Positions 52,612 through 62,840 of a stretch of 64,000 nt of DNA are shown in pieces. Where the stretch lies: positions 64,001 through 128,000 of the forward strand of contig CAWALK010000020.1 in the NCBI GenBank assembly GCA_963782915.1. Reading direction: 5' to 3'. Position 1 is the first letter of the stretch; each line of letters begins with the position of its first letter. A program made the position numbers and the translations under genes. A model generated the notes under the pieces. That model made no database searches. It was not told the DNA's origin and was given only the letters and a program-made list of their open reading frames with translations. The stretch is from an uncultured archaeon. Lineage in GTDB: Archaea > Thermoproteota > Bathyarchaeia > Bathyarchaeales > Bathycorpusculaceae.

Positions 52612-54385
52612 CTAGAAGCCTACGGTGATCAAGTTGGAGAAGAGGCCGATGACTACCATCAAGACGATGCCCAGAACAACCAGTAATGCTGCATGTTTGA
52701 AGCCAGCTGAAGTTTGGCCTGTGCTGATTTTGCCGCTAACCAATCCCGTTAAAAACGCCTGCAGGACCAGTGGGGGCATGATTAATGTGGCGAAGTCAGC
52801 GAACGCGATGGATTGTGAGGCAAATGAACCCATGATGGTGCCCATGAAGTTGAGGAAGATAATGTTTGAGAAGAGCAGTATGGCGACGCCGATGTAGGGC
52901 ATGAGTACGAGTGGTTTTAGAGGTGGATTTTCTTTCTTTCTCGATTGATGAGAGTCTTTCGCTGAATCGCGTGAGCGTTTCGAGTGTTTCGGGGGTGCCT
53001 CCGCCAACCTCAATCGCATCTACAAGGACATACATGTTGATGAGGCCCATCCATGACTTGATTTTTGAGCGGAAGGTTTGGTAGACGGTTTTGAATGAGA
53101 GGCCCCAGCGGATTTGGCGTGAAGCAACATTAAGGTGGCTTGTGAAGGCGCCATAGTTTCTGCCGGCTAAGTTTTCGAGGCATTTTTCGGGTGAGGCGCC
53201 TGTTTTGCGTGCTTCGGTTAGGTCGCGGAGGAAGTTGGTGATGTCGTGTTCGATGTTTTTGCCGCGTTTGCTGTAGTAGTTATGTGCGAATGCTGCTGGT
53301 ACAATCCAGACTAGGCAGGGCGATTGAGAGGCCTAATGCTGCTTCATAGCCCTGTTGGAGGCCAAGCATTGAGCGGAGTCCAACGATGCTGTTTACGAAG
53401 GGCTCTGAAAATGGCAAGCTGAGTCCCTGTGCTGCAAACGGAGTGAAAATCGTTAACAACAAAACTATGAAGACTGGTGACATTGCGCCGAGGACTTTGT
53501 AGGCTCCCCACTCGTTAACTGGCTCCTGAATCTGGTTCGAATCCGACAAGTAGATGAAGGCTATTGCCATGCCTGGAACCAAAAAGTAAGAGTATAGCAG
53601 AAAGGTTTCTGGTGTGAAGCCGCCCTGCCAAAAAGATGAAAACGCAATCGAGACCATGTAGATGATGGTTAAGCTTAGCGTGACTAGGATGCTTAGGGCG
53701 ATGTAGGATTCCATGATGGCGGCTGCGCGGTCGCCAAACGAGCGGACTTTATTTGCTAAGTCATTAAACATTGTTTCTGTTCGGACAAAGAGGTAATGTA
53801 CTACGTCGCCGCCTGTGCGCAGTGTTGATGCGTAGCCTAAGAGTAGGTCTTTGTACTCCTTTGAGGGCATGTTCTGTGCGGATTTTTCCATGGCCGTGAC
53901 TGGGTCTAAGCCTTTGATTTCTACGTCAACTTCGATGTCTTTGACTGCTTTGGCGAGGTTGGGCATGAGTTCGGAGTTTGTGAGGCGTCTTAGGCTGTCG
54001 TAGGGTGATAAGCCGCCGGTTGCCATGGTGCTGATGTAGGTGCCTGCGAAGGGGACTTCGATGTCGAGTTTGGCTGCTCTGTCGCGTGCTTTGATTTTGG
54101 GAACAAGCATCCCCATTAAAATAACTACGAATGAGGCCAGCGGCAGCGGATACAATCCAGAAAGAACCGCGATTGGAATCAACGCCGCTATACAACTATG
54201 AATGAGAAACCCACCAGCGAATAGTATGCTTCAGGGTAGGTTTTGATGGCTGCTACCTCAAGCGTCTTATCCAATTGAATTCGTTTGTTAGAATAAAGTT
54301 TCGCCAGAGCGTTGCCTAGCCAGCTGAAGTGCTGATAAGAGAAGCCTGTTATGTTGGTTTGCTGCTGCTTGGCGGATTTGTTCAA
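52612..54385 (-). CDS. Type II/IV secretion platform protein (TadC/ArlJ-like, two T2SSF domains; indels)
   Basis: EVPFAGTYISTMATGG, TLRTGGD, NFLRDLTEARKTG (unlisted frame) and GKIS...GFKHA. Confidence 0.88.
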
Positions 54386-56142
54386 GTATCCGCAGGCTCC
54401 TCAGGCTGTTTTGGTTCTGCTTTGTTTTGGATTGCTGCTTGGCTCTGCACATAGTAGTTTGTGATGAATTTTGAGAGTTCAACGTTTTTGCGTATGCCTT
54501 TTTCTCGGAGGTCTTTGAGCATGGCGGCGCGGTACTGCAACTCAGCTAAAGCCTCTTTGAGTGTTGACCCATGTCTGGCTGCTAGTCGGAGCAGTTGTTC
54601 GCTTTCTTTGAAGTTTGAGTCAAAGGTGTCTTTAGCCGGGTTCCATTTGGCAACGGTGCGGTATTCTCCGTAGTCCAGGACTTCGGACAGCGCGGTGATT
54701 CTCCGGCCAAACGTCATGTTGCCATGTGCTTTGGGAAGTTGCACGCGTTCTATCATGGCGGCTACGTTGATGAGTGGGACATAGATTTTGGAGACGTTCA
54801 TGGGTGGGCTGGTTAAGCGTTTGATGGCGTAGTCGATGCTGTCTGCGTGTAGGGTTGTGAGTCCGCCGTGGCCTGTTGCCAGCGCCTGGAAAAGTACGAA
54901 TGCTTCTTCGCCTCTGATTTCGCCCACTACTATGTAGTCCGGTCTGTATCTTAGGCTGGTTCTGACGAGGTCAAATAGTGTGACTTCGCCTGTTTTTGCG
55001 GTGCCCAAGCCGTAGCTGTCTCTGCTGACGAGTTGTACCCAGTTCTCATGAGGTACGTTCATTTCTGGGATTTCTTCTACGGTGACGAGTTTCATTTGGG
55101 GTTTGACAAGGCTGGCTATGGCGTTGAGGGTGCTGGTTTTGCCTGCTCCTGTGCCGCCGATGACGGCTATGGTCATGCGGTTCTCGATGAGCATCCATAG
55201 GTAAGCTGCGATTTGGTCGTTTATTGTTCCCATTTCGATGAGTTCGATTATGCTGAAGGGTTCTTCTCTGAAGCGTCTGATGGTGAATGAGCCGCCTTTG
55301 GGTGATACTTCGCGTTTGAAGGTGGCTGCGAGGCGGTCTTTGCCGGGTAGCATGGCGTCGAGGATGGGGTAGGCGGTACTGATGTGTTTGCTGCTGAGGT
55401 GGGTGAGTTTGACGATGAGGTTATCCAGGGCGTTTTCGTCGATGAAGGTGAGGTTGGTTGGCATGGATTCGTATTTGCGGTGCCAAACATACACTGGCGT
55501 CCCTAAGCCGTTGACTGAGAGGTCCTCTATCATGGGGTCCTTCATGATGGTGTGGATGTGGCCGAAACCCAAAAAGTCCCGTTGGAGACAGTAGAGGATT
55601 CTTCCCCATTTCTCCTCATCCCACTTAGCTTTCTTAAAGAGCTTGTATTTCAAAACGAGCCGTTTGGCTTCGCTGTTGAGGTAACTGATTGGGTTTTCGC
55701 CGTGTTTAGGCGGCTCCATCTCGCGGCTAATAATTTCTGTTATCGTTCTTAGCAGCGCTTTTTCGTCTTCGGGCAGCTTGATTTCGTTTATGAAGTAAGC
55801 TTTGCCTCCGCCTAACTCCGGCAGAGACATGATGTTAACTTGTGAGTAGGGCGCTTGAATAGTGTAAGTCTCCACTAATTCAGCGTTGGTCGGTGGCTCC
55901 TTTAGGATAACCACTGGTTCTTCGGGGAGCAAGGTTTTGTTGAATATGTTATGGAAAGACTGCATTAGCCCAGATTGGCTTGGCGTTTTCTTGGCCTTTT
56001 TCGATGCGGGCTCTTCCTTCACCACTGTGGGTGCGGGGGCGTTTTCTGGTGCTTTTTCGACGAGTACGCTTGTCTGCAGTGCTAACTTGGCTTTTGTTTT
56101 TCTCTTGATAGAAGGTTTGATTATTTCTTGTTTGCCGTTCAA
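54382..56142 (-). CDS. Type IV pilus assembly ATPase (TadA/ArlI family)
   Basis: Motifs DPMIEDLSVNG, FTIRRF, GGTGAGKTS, RYRPDYIVVGEIRG and TGH..TLHA. Confidence 0.95.
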   Translation of the reverse strand: MNGKQEIIKPSIKRKTKAKLALQTSVLVEKAPENAPAPTVVKEEPASKKAKKTPSQSGLMQSFHNIFNKTLLPEEPVVILKEPPTNAELVETYTIQAPYSQVNIMSLPELGGGKAYFINEIKLPEDEKALLRTITEIISREMEPPKHGENPISYLNSEAKRLVLKYKLFKKAKWDEEKWGRILYCLQRDFLGFGHIHTIMKDPMIEDLSVNGLGTPVYVWHRKYESMPTNLTFIDENALDNLIVKLTHLSSKHISTAYPILDAMLPGKDRLAATFKREVSPKGGSFTIRRFREEPFSIIELIEMGTINDQIAAYLWMLIENRMTIAVIGGTGAGKTSTLNAIASLVKPQMKLVTVEEIPEMNVPHENWVQLVSRDSYGLGTAKTGEVTLFDLVRTSLRYRPDYIVVGEIRGEEAFVLFQALATGHGGLTTLHADSIDYAIKRLTSPPMNVSKIYVPLINVAAMIERVQLPKAHGNMTFGRRITALSEVLDYGEYRTVAKWNPAKDTFDSNFKESEQLLRLAARHGSTLKEALAELQYRAAMLKDLREKGIRKNVELSKFITNYYVQSQAAIQNKAEPKQPEEPADT

Positions 56143-56249
56143 AACAAATACAACCTTTTTTGTGATAATTGGTTACTGAAAAATAGAAAGATTAAGAAAA
56201 AATTGTTGGGGGTCTAAAAAAGGGTTGAATTAAAAATTGGTTTATAGAT

Positions 56250-56754
56250 TTATGGGAGGGTAATGACTTTTGGGTAGTCTTTGCCGCCAGTTGTATGCAG
56301 CATAATTTCAAGAGTCATTCCAGATGTGAAACCTTGAACATCTTCAGCATATGATGTTGGCAAAGTAATTACTATGGTTGTAGTTGCGCCTGGTTGCATT
56401 GCTGAAACAGTAGCTGGTGACCATGTGAAGCTAGCGGGCTTCTGTGTAGAATGTATCCGGTTTACCATTGTACATCGTTGCAGCATAGTCGAGAGTGGCT
56501 GAAGCTGAGCCAGAGTTCTTGAGGTTCATTGTTATTTTGTATGCATCGCCTGTAACACCGCTGCCTGTTACGTATGCTGTGCTAACTTCTAATTTTTCGT
56601 ATTTTGTGAATGAGCTTCCTACTCCGAGTAGCCAGTAAGCGACTGCAATGGACATCGTGATGGCGATGGCGACGATGATGATTGTTGCGATAACTGGGCT
56701 GACTGCTTTAAGGTTTCCTCTTAGGGTACGTCTTAGTTTTATTTTGAATTTCAT
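56250..56754 (-). CDS. Major archaeal type IV pilin (indel near 56440)
   Basis: Class III signal LKA/VSPVIATIIIVAIAI; LKNSGS; C-terminal LHTTGGKDYP. Confidence 0.85.
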
Positions 56755-56967
56755 TTTTCAAAATCTCCAAAAAGTTTTGTTTTTGTTTGTTCCTTTAAAA
56801 ATCGCGTGGTTTTTCGCTGTTTTGTTTGCAGCTTAGAACCCGTTGATTATAGTAAGCATGTAAGCGGTATATTATAATGTGGCAGACAAAAAGCTACCGT
56901 CAAGTGACCTAAAAATCGCTGTTTTGTCACAGATAACGGTTTTTTACCATACTCACAAACTGAATAG

Positions 56968-56981
56968 TTGTTGTACAACAA
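56968..56981. promoter_or_regulatory. Perfect 14-bp palindrome TTGTTGTACAACAA in the pilin upstream region
   Basis: Seen directly; a second palindrome, GTTCTAGAAC, lies at 57031-57040. Confidence 0.35.
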
Positions 56982-57192
56982 ATTTACACTTTAAACTATA
57001 AAATCAGAGTTCTAGACCAATCTATTTTTTGTTCTAGAACGTGTGGAACTATCATCCCTACCGCCCTGAAAAAACAAAAACACACATAAACCACGTTTGA
57101 TTGCTTCGTATTCAATTCAGCATGTGATTGGTTAAATGCAACAAGATACCAACATTATTACCTGAATTTTTTCATGCAAATGGTGACATCCC

Positions 57193-57405
57193 TTGCGTGA
57201 AATCTCATTCAAAACAATCTGGTTATTGGTAAAAATTTTTGCAGCCGTACAAATCTTCAACGCCGCCATGGACTATTACATGTGGTGGGCGTATGGCTAT
57301 TTGGTGCCCAGTTGGGCTCTTGCCTCTTTGATGCTTACATGTGTGGTTCTGGTTTTTACTGTTAAGGCGGCACAGGAAAAAGAAATAAAACAGCATCATC
57401 CTTAA
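57193..57405 (+). CDS. Small 2-TM hypothetical protein
   Basis: 70-aa hydrophobic ORF with GGTGA upstream. Confidence 0.5.
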   Translation: MREISFKTIWLLVKIFAAVQIFNAAMDYYMWWAYGYLVPSWALASLMLTCVVLVFTVKAAQEKEIKQHHP

Positions 57406-57519
57406 CGGGTTTTGCTCTTTTTTTCGGCAAGCACCTTATGCGTTAATCAACGGTAAATACAATAGTCTCCTCACAAGTAGAAGTCAACAAGGCACACTAA
57501 ACACGAGGAGGCATGTTGG

Positions 57520-60500
57520 TTGAGCGATGATTTCAGCATAGAATTGCCAGACGACGGCGACGAGGAAACGGAGGGTGCCTTAACTGCCTCAGGAATCGCC
57601 GAGTACATCCGCTTCAACTGTTGCCCCCGATTCTTCAAACTAAAATTCGAAGGCAAAGAAGTCAAAAAACGCACCTGGCCCGAAGCCTTCAAACCCATCA
57701 GCCCACTCCTCTACGGCACAGGCAAAGCGCTCGAAGAGAAAAAAGTCGCAGAACTCAAAGCCAAAGCCGACCATTACCTTGACTTCACCAAATACGACCC
57801 CAACCAATACGGCAAACGCGGCTGGGAAAAAGCCGTAGACTCCATGAATAACCTCCACTATGTTATTGAAACTCAATTGGCTGCTGGGGAAAAAACCGAT
57901 GGCAAACCCGTTTTGATTTATCAGGTTCCTATGAAGGGGCCGGTTGGTGTTTGGGATGTCAAGGGCATTGCTGATTTGATTGCTGTTTGGCCGCTTAAAG
58001 ATGGCAAAGTGAAAGTTAGGATTTTTGAGTTGAAGTCCTCTTGGAAGGAACAGACGGCACACCGCATCCAAGTTGCAATCTATGTTATCCTGCTTTCCCG
58101 TGAACTGGGAATTTTAGCCTCTAAAGTTGAGGTTGAAGGCGGAGTAATCAACCGCGAAACAAGCTTAGAAAGCCTTGATCCAGATAAGCTTCCCAAATTC
58201 AAGCTAAGCCCCCTAATCCAAGACGTTGAACGCTTACTTGCCAAAAACGGCGAATTAAACCGCATCCACCAGACCCCTCTAGAAAAGGTTGAGTATCAGC
58301 TTTGCTGGCGATGTGACAACTGCGGCTTCAACGAATGCTGCATAGTCTGCGCAGTCGAAAACGAAAGCATAGCCTTGCTAAACGTTAGCAGGGGCGAACA
58401 AAAAGCCCTCGGGCACTACGGCATCGCCAAATTAGAAGACCTGGCAAAACTAAAAGCCACGATTGATACCACAAACCCGCGTCCCTACGACTTCAAAACC
58501 ATACCAGCCAAAGACCCACAGAAAGTGCATGAATTATCAACCGACCCCATCGTCGGCGCCAAACTGGATTGGCTTGTTGAACGAGCACAGTTTATGCTTG
58601 GCGGCATCCGACCCGGCAGCCCCAATGCAAGCAAAATACGCTGGATGCCCTGGTTAACAGGAACCGGTTACGGCAGCTTACCGGAAGACAGCCCATCCGC
58701 AGGCATAGATTCAGCATTACTCTATAATCCCGACGGTATGATACGCATCTACCTCTTTGTCGAATGGGACTACATGCTCGACGTGGTTTCCATGTTGAGC
58801 GCCAAGGTTAGTTGCACACGCTACAGAGGGGAACCCCTCTTTGTTTCGCGGATTATCGGAAAACTGCCCGACGACCGCAACCAATGCTTAGACGAAGAAA
58901 AAGCGCTCATGGAAGCCTTCTTCAAAGGCTTAACCGAAGCAATAACTAAAGCGGCAAATTCAGCAGGCAGCCCAGACGAGGCACCAATCCACCTGTACTT
59001 TTTTAGCCGCCAAGAACGCGACGTACTCATGAAAGCCGTCTGCCGCCAACCCTCACTTATCAGTGCAAGGGCAGTCCGCGACCTCTTCGGGCTACGGCAA
59101 GCCATTGACCAACCCATGTTCTCAATAATCCAAGACGAAGTAGCCCACCGAAAAGCCCTGCGTTTCCACAGTTCGGGGCTGCTGCCGATTCTTGACCAAG
59201 CCTGCTTCTTCGACCGCAACCAATGGAAAGCAAAACGAAAAGACGGCACCACAGTCGACCTAGCCCTGGTCTTCCGCGACGGCCTATTCAATTATTCACT
59301 TGCCTTTCCATCGAAACCCCGATGGCACAATCGCTTTCCTCAAAGAAGGACCCAACGACGGCTACTATCCAGCCCGCGCCAGATTCGGGGACCAACTGCC
59401 AATCGAATACCTCTGGGGCGCCAAAGGCCGCTTGGACAACTTCGAACAAGTCAAAGGTCCATCAAAAATCTTGCTTGACAAGCGTAAATGGTGCGATTAC
59501 ATCCAGAAGAACCGCCGAATAACCGATGAAGAACTCAATTTGATGGGACAAAAAATCTGTATGGCACTCGAAACCATTGAGCGTTCCCTGTCAATCCGTA
59601 ACAGGCGGCTGGGCAAGAAGCCGATTGCTGTCCCCAAAATCGCTGAATTCTCCCTCGGCGACGCAACACTTGGAACGTAGTTGCCGCGAATTCTTGGACC
59701 TCGAATACTTCTCCAAACGCCAAGAAATGTATCAACACTACGCCATGCTACCCTACCAACGCGTTGCCTCAGGCAGATCAGTGATTTTCCAGTGCACCCG
59801 CGTTGACGAGTTGGAGCACGATTTTATTGTCAGAGGCAAACTCATTTATGAAGGCATCGGGTTGCCCAAAGCGGAATGCGTTGCCAACGCTTGCCGCGTT
59901 AAGGGATCGGATGGTTCAAGCTCAGGCGACTGGATGGTAGTTACCGAGTTACGGCGTAATGAGCATGGACAGTTTGAGGAGGCAGAGAAACGCTCTCCTT
60001 CTGAAGTAGAAAAATCGGCCCGGGCAATCGTTGATAAAGTTGATGTGCCCAAGCTTGAAGTCACCATAAACGTTGTCAGTTGGCCTCGGGGTAAAGGCAG
60101 CAAATACAGTGCATGGCATAATCTGCCGACAACTGATCGTGAGAAAGCTCAGGGTAGCAAGTTTTTGCAGCTCTTCGAAGCAGGACGATATTATATCCTT
60201 GACGATTTAGCGGATGACATCATTTCTGATAGAGCCGCTAAATGCCTCGACTACGCAGCCAACAACGTCCTCTACCTCTTATTAGCAGAGTATTTAGCGG
60301 GTAAAACCGGCGGTTCAACACATACCGCTCTGCCACAGGCTGCGGCGGCTCCATTTCTACACTGGGTTGAAGGCAGACGATTACCGCCAAAAGCGGAACA
60401 GAAACGGTTTGTTGACCGCGTGTTTGGCAAAGAGCCTATTGTTATGTTGCAGGGTCCGCCGGGTACAGGAAAAACCGAAACCTTACAATTGGCAGTGCTG

Positions 60501-61866
60501 GCTCATATCGCCGCTCACAGAGCAAACAGCCGCTGCCGCGTGCTCATGGTTGCGCCAACCCACAAAGCCATCCAAGAATTCATCGCCAAACTCGCCCGAT
60601 GCTGGCAAGAATACACCAGCCAAGGCGGCAAAGACCTTAAAGACCTAAGAATGTTCCGCGTCTTAAGCAGTGACGTAGCCGCATGCGCCGCCGCTTGAAG
60701 GTGTCAAATACTTCAACTACAACGAGGATGAGGAGACCGTTGAGGAACTCGCCGATTGCCTAATGAATCAGGTGACATTAACGCCTAATTCAGCTGTGGG
60801 TGCACCGTTGGTTCTATGCCTTACACCGCCCGGGTTGTATGGTTTAATGAAGAAAATCGGCGACAAAGAACCACCATGGGGCGAAGGCTTCTTTGACCTA
60901 CTCGTCGTCGACGAAGCATGCATGATGCGCCTCCCCGAACTCATACTCTCAGGCAGCTTCCTAACCAAAAACAGCCAAATCCTCGTCGCAGGCGACCACC
61001 GCCAACTACCGCCCATTGTAGCGCATAACTGGGAAAAAGAAGACCGCCGCACACTCGAAGAAATGGCGTCTTTCCTCTCCGCCATGGATTTCCTTCGGTT
61101 GCTGCGCAACGAGGACTTGGGCATAGAACGCATAGAATGTAAGCATCCAGCCGACATTCCCGCTGAACGCCTATGCGAGAGCCACAGATGCCACCAAATC
61201 GTCGCCGAGTTTCTGCGGGAATGGGTGTACGAGAAGGACGAGATTGATTTCCATTCCGACCAGAAAGAACTGTTGGCGCCTGTGCATGCTAAGACGGCTG
61301 GTTTAGCGGTGGCTTTAGAACCCGAGAACGTCTTTGTTTTGATTGTCCATGATGAAGCTGAAAGTTTCCAATCCAACCTTGTCGAAGCAGCAATTGTCAA
61401 TGGCTTAGTGAGAAATGCCCCCTCAAACAGCGTCGGAGTGATTACTCCGCACAATGCCCAGAAGGGTTTACTCAAAAACATGCTCTCTGAGGGCTTCAAA
61501 GACACCCGAGTGGACACGGTTGAACGTTACCAAGGCGGCGAAGCAGACTTCATAATCATATCATCCACCGTAAGCGACCCCGACTATGTACGGAGCGAAA
61601 GCGAATTCCTCCTAAACCTCAACCGCATAAACGTAGCAATTTCGCGCATGAAGAAAAAAATCGTTATCGTCGCAAGCCGCAGCATCTTCGAGTTTATGCC
61701 CCAAGACGCCCGTGACTACGATAAGGCGCTACTGTGGCGTGGGATTTGTGAGACGGTTGGTTTCACAGCTGATTCAACGCCGAATTGGGCTGGGTTGCTG
61801 GGGGAGTTTCTCGGCGCTGAGGCTTCCTCGGTTAAGGTGGAAGTTTACGTTAAATCCACCCGGTAG
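57520..61866 (+). CDS. RecB/Cas4-like nuclease fused to SF1 (Dna2/Upf1-like) helicase, about 1450 aa (indels near 59300, 59670 and 60690)
   Basis: Nuclease motifs CCP, GIADL..FELKSS..HRIQVAIY and CWRCDNC..C; helicase motifs GPPGTGKT, VVDEA, AGDHRQL, TVERYQGGE and RINVAISR. Confidence 0.85.
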
Positions 61867-62016
61867 TTGATTGGCTGCTTTTTATAAGGAGAGGGGGTAG
61901 GTTGGCAGAGCAACAAACTCGCTTGCACTAGCCGCATACGTTTCCATATACGGCTTTATATAAGGGGCCTATAGAAAAAAACCGCAACTAAGCAGAACCG
62001 CCAGCCGCTAAACAGA

Positions 62017-62150
62017 ACTGCTGGCAAAAACACTGCAATCAGCCAGCAACCTATTCCAGACGCTGAAGCTAAAAAGCAATCGGCAGTATCAACCGTTGGT
62101 TGTTATTGAAACAAAAAGATTCCTCGGCAACAACCAATAAAGAAAAACGG
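62017..62150 (+). repeat. Dispersed intergenic repeat, copy D
   Basis: AGACGCTGAAGCTAAAAAGCAATC is 23/24 identical to copy C, followed by GTTGGTTGTTATTG...CGGCAACAAC. Confidence 0.7.
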
Positions 62151-62286
62151 CAAAGTAGAAAACCGAACATTTTATGAATCAACACAGAAAACCCATTAGT
62201 CTTCCCAATGCACACTTGATGGATACAAATGTTTAAACCCCTCAAGAGAACGTACAGTGTTTAATGTGTAATGCGAGGTGAAAGAA

Positions 62287-62361
62287 ATGGTGTTTGAGGA
62301 AGAAGATGAAGGAACAGAAGAAAGCGAAGACGAGACTGAATGGGAAGAAGAAGAATGGTAA
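62287..62361 (+). CDS. Putative 24-aa hyper-acidic micropeptide MVFEEEDEGTEESEDETEWEEEEW
   Basis: Strong SD GAGGTGA just upstream of the ATG; TTTAAA box near 62232. Confidence 0.55.
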   Translation: MVFEEEDEGTEESEDETEWEEEEW

Positions 62362-62459
62362 ATTAAGCAAGCAAATCAAAGAAGCTTGCATCTAATCATG
62401 TTTTATAAAAAGAAAAAAGAAGCTTACCCGTAAACACTCTGTTCTGCAGAGGTTTACTA

Positions 62460-62753
62460 CTATTTTGTAAGCACTATTTCAATTGTTGAAACCATTCTGG
62501 ACCTAGTTTCGCCCTCTCTTGGGGGCATCTCTTCTGTTGCTATCGCGATTTTGCTTACTTTTATGTCTTTTAAGAAGCGGTTTCTTGTGATTTCAGCGGC
62601 GTCAACGGCTGTAGTTATTGCTTGTCCTCTGGCTTTCAACGTTATTTCTTTAGTGTTGCCACTTGATAGGCCTGTGATTATCGCTAGAACATAGTCCATT
62701 GGCATTTTATTTCCAACAAAAACAATTCCTGTTCTTTCTGACATGTACATCAC
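62460..62753 (-). CDS. albA: Chromatin protein Alba, copy 2
   Basis: Motifs VFVGNKMPMDYV, LKARGQAITTAVD and VSTIEI. Confidence 0.93.
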   Translation of the reverse strand: MMYMSERTGIVFVGNKMPMDYVLAIITGLSSGNTKEITLKARGQAITTAVDAAEITRNRFLKDIKVSKIAIATEEMPPREGETRSRMVSTIEIVLTK

Positions 62754-62840
62754 TTTTTCCTTAAAATATTATTGCTCATTATTGGGTAACCATCACTTAT
62801 AAGCCGAAGGGTCCTTTTCTGAACAAAAATGAAAGGAGAA

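Noticed and set aside
46439-56754. Archaellum (motility) operon
   Set aside because: No ArlH, ArlF/G or chemotaxis genes. The pilin N-termini are of the VSPVIA pilin type rather than the archaellin GIGTLI type.
57520-59478. CRISPR-associated Cas4
   Set aside because: No cas1/cas2 or array in the window, and the nuclease is fused to an SF1 helicase.
60768-61517. 249-aa minus-strand ORF and similar antisense ORFs across the window
   Set aside because: These are shadows of well-supported genes on the opposite strand, produced by codon bias.
2355-61866. Frameshifts in ogt, truD, GGR, the histidine kinase, rSAM, kdpC, lysJ, tadC, the pilin and the helicase as programmed frameshifting or mass pseudogenisation
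   Set aside because: They hit conserved and accessory genes indiscriminately with no shared slippery motif. Uncorrected long-read indels are the simplest explanation.
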